DNA of 64,000 nucleotides from assembly GCA_964016885.1 (NCBI GenBank), contig OZ024745.1, positions 98,518,001-98,582,000 on the forward strand, read 5' to 3'. Source of the stretch: Eledone cirrhosa. Taxonomy: Eukaryota. Below are positions 1-10,969 of the stretch, piece after piece. The translations under genes were made by a program, and so were the position numbers. The stretch's first letter is position 1, and every line of letters begins with the position of its first letter. The notes beneath the pieces are model-generated. The model was not told the origin of the DNA. It did no database searches and worked only from the letters and a program-made list of their open reading frames with translations.

Positions 1-317
1 GCGATGGGAACATATTTGGACAATGGCCATGCCGAAGTCGTTAGTTCATTAACTTTAGTCGTTCGTTCGCACTCTTAACACTATTCGTCAATGTATGTAG
101 CGCGCCGGTATTGAGTACACCAAGCGGTTGACGAACACCTTTTGACTGGTTGCAGCCGTCTTCCGGATACGTATCCTCTTCGCGCTTGATTTCTTTCATT
201 GTTATTAAATAGTCTGAGTCATCCCTGCTTGAACAGTTTTGTGACACATTGCTAGCTTACTCATCCAAAGTTATCGTTTGGTATGAGTATACCATTTGTT
301 GTTTTTTATTAAAAATA

Positions 318-540
318 GGGCGGTGGATTGGCAGTATCAGTAGAGCGTCGGACAATATGCTTTGCAGCATAGAGTTACGGCCCTTCACGGTCTGAGTTCA
401 AATCCCGCCGAGGTTAACTTTGCCTTTCATCCTTACGGGGTCGATAAAATAAAGTACCAGGCAAGCACTGGGGTCGATTTAATTGACTTTCCCCTCCCCA
501 CAGAATTGCTGGCCTTGTACCTATATAAGAAACCATTCTT
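318..540 (+). mobile_element. tRNA-derived SINE family A (long subtype)
   Basis: A-box-like TGGCAGTATCAG, B-box GTTCAAATC, core CTTTCATCCTTACGGGGTCGATAAAATAAAGTACCAG repeated >20 times in window. Confidence 0.85.
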
Positions 541-1582
541 ATAAAACATTGTTTTGAAATATGAACTTTACATATGTTGTCCTTATTTTAATGATGCTGA
601 AAACATTTAGCTGCAACACTGAGCAGACAGAGTGACTATGTTGAATCTACCTCGATGGTTGTTTAACTGTCTACTAGAATGTCCATATGGATTATGTTGA
701 AGTTTTAAAATGAGGTACAAGGGTGATTTGCAAGTTTTATGGGGCAGTTTTGAAGGGAAACAAGGGGAGAAATTATGGTTGTAGCCAACGTCTGTAATAT
801 ACGAACATTTAGATAATAAAAAAATACCTGATTGTTTTAGGTAGAACAGTATAAGACCAACAGGTTCAAAGTTTATTATAGAACTTACTGATATAAGTTA
901 ACGATAGCAAGAACATGAAATTACGCTGTAACTCTGATGGCTTTTCGATACTATTAGTTTCATTGAAATTACCAATCTCCGGTAACAGATCTCATTACTA
1001 GCAGAAAACTAGCAGTAAATAGATATTATTGGAATCTTCAAAGGAGATTACCAGTTTATATAATAATTCAAAATCAGTCAAAATGGACAATGACGCGAAG
1101 CAGATGGATGAGTCTTTTGAGTTTACATAATTTTACAAAGTAGTTTAGGTGTACTACAGATAGAGGAAAAAAGTAATTGACTCTAAATATCATCTTCTAG
1201 AACTTCCTATAAAGTATTTGAATGTGTATAATTTAATATTAGAAAGAACTAATATCATTCTACGCTCATAATCAGTCGAAAATATAGATATTTTGGTTTT
1301 TAATGCTAAAGTATGAGAGCGAAGATGTTGATTGATATAAGAATATCTTTTGTCATCAACTAAAAGACAACTACAGTGTATGTAGAAATTACTTCTGAGT
1401 AGTATTCACTGGTTCATTGTATTCAGATCATACATTATCTATAGCAGTCGCTACAGATAATTTTATTTTCAATAATCCATCTCGTTCATTGTAACCAACG
1501 ACTGAAATCTATAACCAGGGTTCGATAGCTGATTAAGGTAGAGTATAGGTTTGTTGCAGCTAATAAAAGATATTTAAATATT

Positions 1583-1760
1583 TGTTTCTACGTTAGGCAC
1601 AAGGCCAGCAAATACCCAGTGTATTACTGGTACTTTATTTTATCGACCCCGTAAGGATGAAAGGCAAAGTTAACCTCGGCGGGATTTGAACTCAGAATGG
1701 CAAGGGCCGTAACTCTATGCGTCAAAGCATGGCGTCCGACCCTCTACCAATACTGCCAAT
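1583..1760 (-). mobile_element. SINE family A
   Basis: Reverse complement of the same head/core/tail (..GGCCTTGTGCC..AGAAACA). Confidence 0.85.
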
Positions 1761-1977
1761 TTAAATATTATAGATAATGAACACAACCACAGGGATAAGG
1801 TCTGAACGTGGAAGAGCCGAACGTGGTCAGAAACAAAGATAGGTTAAATATCCAGAGAATTCTCTAATTCTAGTAATACATCTTTCACCCCAGACACTAT
1901 TGTTTGCGTATATCAAATTCTTTGATTAAAGAATTTGATATTTGTAACTTAATTTTTTATAAAATATGAATTTAATA

Positions 1978-2057
<80 letters not shown>

Positions 2058-2091
2058 TATTAAATTCATATTTTACAAAAAGTTAACTTAC

Positions 2092-2154
<63 letters not shown>

Positions 2155-2220
2155 GCTTAGAGTTTAGACTCAATGGGGTCATTTACAATCATTTCAGCTC
2201 TAGGAATCGCTTCTGAGCAG

Positions 2221-2543
2221 TATAAATTAATATTTGATGAACATTTACATGTTTTAGTTGCAATTGACTAATAAGATCGCTAGAGTGAAAAATCTTAATT
2301 CAACAACATAAAGTCTGCCTGTACGATCTAAAAAAATAATAAATCAATACTCACAGACTCATATGGGCAAAAAGCCTTTTGCAAAAAGGCTTTTTGCCCA
2401 TATGAGTCTGTGAGTATTGATTTATTATTTTTTTAGATCGCACAGGCAGACTTTATGTTGTTGAATTAAGATTTTTCACTCTAGCGATCTTATTAGTCAA
2501 TTGCAACTAAAACATGTAAATGTTCATCAAATATTAATTTATA
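2221..2543. repeat. Near-perfect palindrome, 160-bp arms, 3-nt spacer
   Basis: 2221-2380 is the reverse complement of 2384-2543 with one visible mismatch; right arm runs into (TA)n. Confidence 0.95.
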
Positions 2544-2628
2544 TATATATATATATAAAAGAGTTAAACAATAACATCTATTTTATTAATATTTGAATTT
2601 AATATTATATATATATATATATATATAT

Positions 2629-3237
2629 GGTGGCTGCCAACTCGTTTTCGAGTACGGCCACTACTTTATATCTTTGTAGGAGAACCCCTACCGATGCGCT
2701 GAACGAGTGTGACTTTTTAGTCCAGCCAGCGACTTGAAAACTCTGGTACAAACACTACACTTGTGACAATTATTGACACATAGTGCTGGGCCCATGGTAC
2801 CATGTGACGACAAGTGCAGAGAGATCTCCAGATATAAAGGAATGCCTGTGCCGTGAAGCTTTTATAGTGAGCAAAGGCACTGCACAAAGCCAGTCCCACT
2901 CTCTTAACCAAGATGATATTTACCAAAAAGAAGAACAAGTCAACATCATTGGATACCATCAGGGCTGCAGGTGTTATATCAGAGTTTTCCTTCTCCTAGA
3001 ATTCTGCCTTGACAAAGGCTAAGGGGTCATCTCTCCCGGTGATTTTGGATGGTCATTGACTCTTAAGAGCTCCTTTGCCCTTTGACAGGTTTTGTTTTTA
3101 GTCCTGCAGGATGTCCAAAGTCACCCTCCTCACCAAGAAACCTTGGTGGGGTTGCCAGTTTAGTCGCCAACAACCCGACCATGAGACAGGTTGTACTGGG
3201 ATACATGTTACCAGTAGCACCAACTGGTGAACTGACA
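2629..3237 (-). mobile_element. ~610-bp non-autonomous retroelement (family C), copy 1
   Basis: Near-identical copies at 21192-21800 and 21936-22543, rearranged copy at 16346-16796; no recognisable ORF. Confidence 0.85.
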
Positions 3238-3241
3238 GTAA

Positions 3242-3272
<31 letters not shown>

Positions 3273-3467
3273 TATGTAATAAACAACACAATATAATTAT
3301 TCCATTACCCAAGGTTCCATGAAGTTAGACGTTTCTGTAAGAATCGTTTAACTTCGTAAAACCTTGGGTAATGGAATAATTATATTCTGTTGTTTATTAC
3401 ATAATTAAATAGGTCTGTATTATACATAGAGTACTCTTCTTTCCTTTACTTTTTCTACGGAAATACT

Positions 3468-3554
<87 letters not shown>

Positions 3555-3568
3555 ATTTGATTTTAAAA

Positions 3569-3607
<39 letters not shown>

Positions 3608-3870
3608 GATTTTTTTTAATTAAATTGTATTAGAACTTGATTTACTCTTGTCACATCTAACAAAGGAATTCCTACTCGGACACTCAATTATTTAAATATC
3701 AGCCAAATCTTTCAGACATCACACCCGTAACATCTTTGTCGTAGAAACTGTAACTTTATAAACTCGGGAACAAAATGATGTTAGCTAACTAAACTGTACT
3801 GCTTGGCTAATACCTTCTTTTATTTCCAAATACAACTCTGCATTTGCATGCAAATCTCTGTAATAAATCT

Positions 3871-4077
3871 TTCTAGCATTGGCACAATGCCAGCAATTTC
3901 GTGGAAGAGAAAAGTCGATTATATCGCCACTAACACTTAACTGGTACTTTATTTGATTGATCCAGAAGGTTGAAAGGTAAAATTGACCTTAGCTGGATTT
4001 GAAATCAGAACGTAGAAAGTTGTAATTACCACAATGCATTTTGTTTGATGCTCTACTGATTCTGCCAATCCATCGCC
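3871..4077 (-). mobile_element. Diverged SINE family A
   Basis: Degenerate ACTGGTACTTTA..GAAAGGTAAA..GATTTGAA..CTGCCAATCC. Confidence 0.7.
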
Positions 4078-4144
4078 ATACCTATTTCTGTTATGATAAA
4101 CGCCTCCAACTACTATTGCGAATATATATAAAGTCTAAAGTCTG

Positions 4145-4413
4145 TTTTAAGCCAGAAGGCTCATTTGGCCGGTGTTTATCCCGGTCTCTGGCGTGAAGCG
4201 ACTGAGAGTACAAGACTCTCCCCTGGACAGGACGCCAGTCCATCGCAGGGTTTAAACCCCCAGCTACTGCTGGAACTCATTTTCAACTGAATATACTGGA
4301 GCAACATGAAATGAAATGTTTTGCTCAAGAACACAACACGTAACCCATGAATCGAACCCACGATATTATGATCATACGCCCAACACCCTTACCACTAGAC
4401 CACGTGCCACCAC
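4145..4413 (-). mobile_element. tRNA-derived SINE family B
   Basis: Head GTGGTCTAGTGGTAAGG..GGTTCGATTC followed by TTGTGTTCTTGAGCAAAACA core shared with 34143, 35611, 37970, 42423, 58010. Confidence 0.75.
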
Positions 4414-5126
4414 TGCGAATATATTACTACACCGAAAATAGCTTCCAAGAACACATTTAGTCTATGGACACTAAAATCAAGTATAGTAAAACTTCATATG
4501 TACTGCAACGGTTGGTCGTTATTGGTTTATGGTCACATGTTTACCTCATTCCACATCGTTTACCAAAACATGGTGGAAATAATCATTAAATATATTCAAC
4601 TACATTTACCAGTCATTAACTTTACACTCAATCGTTGTTTATTGCTGTCAACCAACAAACATATTTTTGTCAAAATTTGAAATATCTGTAAATGATACAT
4701 CGTTATAAAGCTAAGAGCTTTTTCATTTATTTAAAGTGAAACCGGAAAAATCCGTTTCCTCCCCATTTGCTGGTGTTTATTATAACACTTTGACAAAGAT
4801 ACAATGATACAACCAGCAACTTCAGAAGTACACAATCCTCCTTCTAATCAATTTACACACAGTAAACTGCCTGAGTCCTTTCACGATATTCGATCCGTCT
4901 CTCTGTACTCTGAGCTCAAATTCCGCCCAGTTAAACTTTGCCTTTCATTCAAATAATGTTCTAATTCACGGTGATGGATTGAGGGATTTTTAGAGTGTCT
5001 TGTAATATTTGTTTCGGCCCTTTGTATTGTGAGTTGGCCTGTGGCGACACTCACGCCAAGCTTTATCAGCGTTTGTCTTTCAACAACATCGATGGCATCA
5101 AGAAAGTAAATGTGGGGGGGGGGGGC

Positions 5127-5281
5127 AGTGGTTCCCAAAGTGGATTCCATGAAACCCGAGAGTTCCGCAAATGAGTGTCTGGGGTTCCATGAAAAAAAGG
5201 GTAGAGGAGTATATTTATATTACAACCATATAACAGTATTAGATGAGGGGTTCTGCGTTTAAAAAGGTTTGGGAAATCCTG
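5127..5281. mobile_element. hAT/Charlie-type MITE
   Basis: Ends CAGTGGTTCCCAAA ... TTTGGGAAATCCTG (imperfect TIR). Confidence 0.6.
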
Positions 5282-6122
5282 CTGTATGCAACTGCTGCTC
5301 TGCCACGAAACACATTGCTCAAATATGTGTCTCGCAAAGGAAATTTCCAGGTGCAGACAAATGGTCAGCCATGACCGAAAGGGGGTTTGGGCTCCAGCAA
5401 TTGAGACAAATACCGTCAGATCTTTCTCCACGTTTACTTTCAACACAGAAATAGTAACCATATTTTCTCAAGTTACATACTATCACTTTTAAAAAGAAAT
5501 AACACCTAAGGTAATGTTGTTGTAAATACACTATAGTACGTCTTTAATCAGGGGTGCTGCTTATTCAGGCTTATCAATGGCGTAAAACAATACCACAGAT
5601 AAATCCCAAACGAATGCTCACGCTCAGAAATAATAAATCAAGTCCAAATTCAATATCTAAGCGTGGCAACATATGTAGTATCTGAGAGTATCTCAACTAT
5701 TTCTCTCAAATAATTAATTAAAACATGGTGAGCCGAGATTAGATCTTTTTCATCGTCACCCATTTATCTCTCTCTCTCTCTCTCTCTCTCCCTTATCTCC
5801 TCTCCATCCCCCCTCCCCCTCTCTCTCTCCCTATCTCCCACTCCTCTCTCCCTCTCTCCTCCCCTCTCTCTCTCCCTCTCTCCTCCCCTCTCTCTCTCTC
5901 CATCTCTCTCTCCATCCCCCTCTCCCCCTCCGTCTCTCCTCACTATCTCCTTCTCCCTCTCCCCTCTCACTCACCTCTCCCCTCACCTCTCTCCTCACCT
6001 CTCTCTTCCCCTCTCTTCCCCTCTCTTCTCCCCTCAACCACCCCTCTCCCTCTCCCATCTCTATCTCCCCCTCTACCCCCTCCTCTCTCTTGACAATTTT
6101 AATTAAAAGCTCGATAACTTAC

Positions 6123-6180
6123 TAACTGCATTGATGGATTCAACAAGGCTTGTTTTGCTTACATCCGACAACGTCCAATT
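6123..6180 (-). CDS. Candidate host exon (NWTLSDVSKTSLVESINAV)
   Basis: ttatgttttcAG acceptor and GTAAGT donor, open in phase 0, compatible with exon 28347-28414. Confidence 0.4.
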
Positions 6181-6212
6181 CTGAAAACATAAATCAAAAC
6201 ATTCAGTATTAT

Positions 6213-6962
6213 TATCGGTAGAGGGTTGGACGCCATGCTTTCTAGCATAGAGTTACGTCCCTTTATGATCTGAGTTCAAATCCCGCCGAGGTTAACTTTG
6301 CCTTTCATCCTTACGGGGTCGATAAAATAAAGTACCAGTAATGTACTGGGAAATTGCTGGCCTTGTGCCAAAAGTAGAAACAATTATTTAGCCACATGGG
6401 TGGATTGGCAGAAGGTCGGACGCCATGCTTTCCAGCATAGTTACGTCCTTTTACGATCTGAGTTCAAATCCAGCCAAGATTAACTTTGCCTTTCATCCTT
6501 ACGGGGTCGATAAAATAAAGTACCAGCAATGTACTCGGTTATTGCTGGCCTTGTGCCGAAAGTAGAAACAATCATTTGGCCACAGTCGATTGGCAGGGTC
6601 GGACACCATGCTTTGACGCAAAGAGTTACTGCCCTTGCCATTCTGAGTTCAAATCCCGCCGAGGTTAACTTTGCCTTTCTTCCTTACAGGGGTCGATAAA
6701 ATAAAACACCAGTCACGCACTGGGGTCGATTTAATCGACTTTGCCCTTCCCCAAAATTGATGGCCTTGTGCCTATATAAGAAACCATTATTTGGCCACAG
6801 TGGGTTGGCAGCATAGAGTTCCGGCCCTTGCCATTCTGAGTTCAAATGCCGCCGAGGTTAACTTTGCCTTTCATCCTTACGGGGTCGATAAAATAAAGTA
6901 CCAGTAATGCACTGAGTAATTGCTTACCTTGTACCAAAAGTAGAAACAATTATTTGGCCACA
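6213..6962 (+). mobile_element. Tandem cluster of four SINE family A copies
   Basis: Four B-box/core units, each followed by ATT(A/C)TTTGGCCACA-like spacer. Confidence 0.85.
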
Positions 6963-7438
6963 GTTTCCCGGCTCTAGGAGTATTTTACTCGATTTTCTAA
7001 GCTATTATTTATAGCGATCAACTGTTGTTACAGTTAATTTCTGCTCTTGGGTTGACCCAAAATTTAAATTCCAATCACCAAAGCGCTTCAATAAGTAATA
7101 AGATATGAAAAGATTCAAGGCACCGACGGCTGAGCTCGGCGCTTCTACAGCTAGATCCGTTCGTATCTAGCTGTCGAAACGGCCAGAGCTCAGCCGTCGG
7201 GGTCCTGAATCTTTTCATATTACACTCTCTACTACCCCTCAGGCAGTTTTAATTAGTATGGTATAGACAAGTACATATGTTGTTGAGGTGTATAATATTG
7301 TCAATACTCTGATATGCCCAGTTCCTGGTTGGGTTGTTATTTCACTGAGGAACTGGAATCATATATGGGCATATCAGAGTATTGACAATATTATACACCT
7401 CAACAACATATGTACTTGTCTATACCATACTAATTCAA

Positions 7439-7493
7439 ACTGCCTGAGGAGGTCACAGCCAAAGATGGCTGTCACTGAAATATATATAGCAGT
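7439..7493 (+). ncRNA. Type I hammerhead ribozyme
   Basis: Stem I ACUGC/GCAGU; core CUGAGGA; stem II GGUCACAGCC/GGCUGUCACU; GAAA; palindromic stem III AUAUAUAU; AUA site; AATAAA at 7494. Confidence 0.8.
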
Positions 7494-7759
7494 AATAAAC
7501 GAAGCTAAATTTTAATCATTTGACTTTTTATTTAACTTTATTTTATATATAAATATATATATATTTAAAAGAATAGAGGTGTAACACACGAGTTATGATA
7601 TATTGGTAAAAAGAAAAGAAAATGCTGACAAATTGTTCCCAGTGAAAAATAGTTTAATTAGGAATAAGTAAAAATTAGTAATAAGTATTGGTTAGTATTC
7701 AGTTTTGGTTTTAAGTTTTTACCGGTTGCGCATTTCTAATGCTTTTCAAAAATAATTTT

Positions 7760-9275
7760 GAGATAGAGCGCCCGTGATGTTTGCTCTAAGGCCGAGCCTC
7801 AGGGAAACGCCAATGCGCAGGCTATGGTTGTCTAGCTGCGTGCCAGTGGAGACGGAGGGCAGGGCATGGAGCCAGGTACCACTGTGGGGTTTGGAGGCCG
7901 CACGAAAACAAGCAAAGCGGTGCTGGTCGAGCTGGTGCGTGAGCCTGTTTGAGGCCAGGCTGCACTGGATGGCATCCCAAGTGCGTTGGGTGGACTTGAC
8001 GTCTACAGGGGGAGAAGGAGGAGGGACGTCTACTAGGCTAAGTCCCAGTCGGTCTCACGTCTCACAGGCGGTCTCGCGTTCTCTGAACACAAAGGGTTCT
8101 GTTGTGTTTTGAAGAACCCTGCTGACGAGGACGCAGCACGAGGTTACCGACGAAAGATACGCCGGCAAAGCTAATGAGATCGGGGACCGGAGGCCAAGGC
8201 CGCCATACCTGACAAGTAAAGTGGCCTGTTGCCACCCTATCTCATCAAACTTGACGTTGAAATATCTCCTCGGCTGCTTCTCGGATACAAGTATCGAGGT
8301 CAGCGAGGAGAGATGTCTGGGTGTAGCACGGAGCGCGGTGGAGTGTATGGACGAGCTTCGGCATGGCGAAGCAGTTACTCGGCAGAAAGAGAGCTGGGTG
8401 GCCGTCAATCAAGCCCAGTCGGCTCGTGAGAGTCTGGAGCTGTTGAAGTCTGCACCTGATGGTGGAGCGGATGGTCGGGGGGGGGGGGGGGGTTGATCGG
8501 TGACCCGAGATGAGGACATCCTCTTTGGGGGTTACCTGAACCTGGCGGAGAATGGACCGCACGTCCAAGACGGAGGCTGCAAAGCTCTCAGCATCGAGGC
8601 TGACATTCACCACGTCCGACTTGGCCGAGTTGACCTGAAGGCCGATTCCCGCCAGGGCAGGAACCACCGATTGAAGGTCATGGCAGACCGTCCGTACGGG
8701 CCCGCCCAACATAGCATCATCCAGATACCAAACGTTGAGAGGGGCCGTGATACTCCGGGCGATGTGGTCAATACCAAGGGCGAACAGGAGGGGTCCCAAA
8801 GGATCGCCCTGTTGGACCCCAGTAGCCGAGAGTATGACCGTATCGGCAGCAAAGTAGGCCAACGGGTAGGAAGAGGGGGTTCGGCTGAGGCAGGCCTCGA
8901 GCAGATGATCCCGGCGTAAAGAGTTGAAGGCATTCCTCATGTCAAGCTTGACAGTGAGGTGCCTGGAGTCCCTGGATGCCGGTTCCGATGAGCAGCTATT
9001 GAAGAACTGCCTGGTTGCATGAGCGGCCCTCTCATAGCCACCGGACACGCCGATACCCAGTTGCACCGGACTAAACTCATTACCCAGTTCGTGTGTTACG
9101 GACCTGTAGATCACCTTGGCAGCCAGCCTCCGGAAGACATTGCCCAGAGCAATGGGTCGTATGCCACCCTCTTTCTTCCTGAGAGCGGTGAGGCTGGCCG
9201 AAAAAAAATAGGCCTCGGGCATAAGGGTCCAGGGCGCCATGGATGAGCCTATTGGTGAGCGCCACAATTGCACTC
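7760..9275 (-). mobile_element. CRE-clade non-LTR retrotransposon RT fragment (frameshifted)
   Basis: GGIRPIALGNVFRRL, LDMRNAFNSLRR, GVQQGDPLGPLLF, WYLDD, then WQQATL..YGGLGLRS and SGTWLHALP in other frames. Confidence 0.9.
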
Positions 9276-9354
9276 AGAAGGCGGCCAGGAACAAAAACAG
9301 AGAGGCAGTACAAAAAGTGGTTTATTAGGTTCAAATTTTGAGAGTGCGGGTGGG

Positions 9355-9386
9355 GAACGACGTTTCGGGCATAAGCCATCAGGAGA
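9355..9386 (-). ncRNA. Degenerate Penelope-type minimal hammerhead (core deletion)
   Basis: CTGATG-GCTTATGCCC-GAAACGTC, consistent with CTGATGAAGGGCTTATGCCCGAAACGTC lacking 4 nt; AATAAA ~30 nt downstream. Confidence 0.55.
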
Positions 9387-10566
9387 AAAGTGGGTAGGAA
9401 GAGAGTTCCGAGGGGGTGTGGGGGAGTGGTGGAAAGACATTTAAAAAGGGGGGTGGTAACGATTTTTTTTTAGAAGTACAAATAGAAATAAAGAGTACAA
9501 ATAAAAGTACAAATAAAAATAAAAATAAACATAAAAATAAACATGTGGTGGAAGGGTGTGAGGCGTGTAGGGGTGGTGGCGGGTGGAGTTAGGAGAGGGA
9601 GGCTGGGGATCCGAGCTGAAGGTGGTGTTTGTGGATGAGTGTAGGTGTGTGTGTGTGTGTGTATGTGAATGTGAGAGTTGGGGGAAGAACGAGGTTCTAT
9701 GTTCAGGTATATATATATACGTATATATATATACGTATATATATATATATATATATAAATACATTAACGGAGAAAGCTAATAGCGATACTCCGGCCAAAT
9801 CCCAGCTCACTCAACAAACATTAGGAAATAAGTGAGTATATTCCTAATTAAACGTTCGGGGTGCTAACTAATTGTATTGTGTGGAAAATTGGCTGTATTA
9901 TTTCATGAGATATATCAAATATATTTCTTCCCAGACGGATGTCTCGTTTCATTATAAGATTCCTACAAGTTGGGTGAAATTATACCAATTTATGTAGAAG
10001 CTTGTATAAGATCAACAGATACTTATTCAAGTGGGCTCTTATAATTCTTCAGTGGGCGCCCAATAATATTAATATTGATAATCAAATCAACATCAATATT
10101 TTGCGATAATCACCATCAGTGCTTGAGGTAGCTGCTAGGTTGCTAGCCCAGCAGTTCTAAAGAAATTCTCATACTGTCTCAAAAAAGAGGAAGGTGATTA
10201 CCGCAAAAAATATATATATATATAACGAAGGAGGTGTGGTAAGGAACCAGATGGACCATAACGCCCTAGAGTACTCAATACTTAGGGTAGTAGAGTGGGT
10301 AATAGGAAAATGTTTAAGCCCGACGGCAGAGCTCAAGCCGTTTTGACGGCTATTTTTGGTCCAGAAATAGCTGTCTAAACGGCTTGAGCTCTGCCTTCGG
10401 GGTTAAAAATGTTCCTATATATATATATATATATATTTCGTTTCTCACAAACACACACAGACACCCGGATGTGGCGCATGCGCAAACTGAGCACGCAACC
10501 CACACACAAACAAAATGGCGTAGGATAGAAGAAAGGAAAGGCACAGAAACGAAGAAAGAAATCCCC

Positions 10567-10611
10567 AGTCACTGAAGAGGTCACAGAGTGTGTGACGAAA
10601 GAACTATGACT
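10567..10611 (+). ncRNA. Minimal type I hammerhead ribozyme
   Basis: Stem I AGUCA/UGACU; CUGAAGA; extra G; stem II GUCACA/UGUGAC; GAAA-GAAC-UA. Confidence 0.75.
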
Positions 10612-10762
10612 ATATATATATAAACAACTATCTGGTTGTGGAACCAACCAACCAACCAGAAATTTATAAATTTGTAAATTTATAAATATATATTAAATTA
10701 AATTGAAGTGAAAGCAACTGGTGCGTGTGTTTCTTATTGGCAACATGACCCTCCCAAAGTAT

Positions 10763-10826
<64 letters not shown>

Positions 10827-10854
10827 GTGGTTACACAACAGTTAGTTCACCATA

Positions 10855-10894
10855 CCGAGAACAATTGTTTTACCTTCGCGGATCTTCAGCTCGG
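10855..10894 (-). ncRNA. Minimal hammerhead with G12A lesion inside an inverted repeat
   Basis: Stem I CCGAG/CUCGG; CUGAAGA; short stem II; AAAA instead of GAAA; palindromic ACAAUUGU; the opposite arm retains GAAA. Confidence 0.65.
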
Positions 10895-10969
10895 GATGTG
10901 TATGGTTATAACGATACACATCCCGAGATGAAGATCCGCGAAGGTGAAACTGTTGTGTAAGCACTTCTA

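Noticed and set aside
41-247. 68-aa minus ORF and a CAAGCG..CGCTTG hammerhead-like arrangement
   Set aside because: No convincing splice acceptor or domain; the core is CGAAGA/GGAA with no valid NUH stem III.
2717-3279. ORFs conserved among family C copies
   Set aside because: Conservation only reflects recent copy identity; no domain motifs.
4500-5530. Possible further exons or transposase remnant
   Set aside because: Several short open frames, none with recognisable motifs or clear phase-consistent boundaries.
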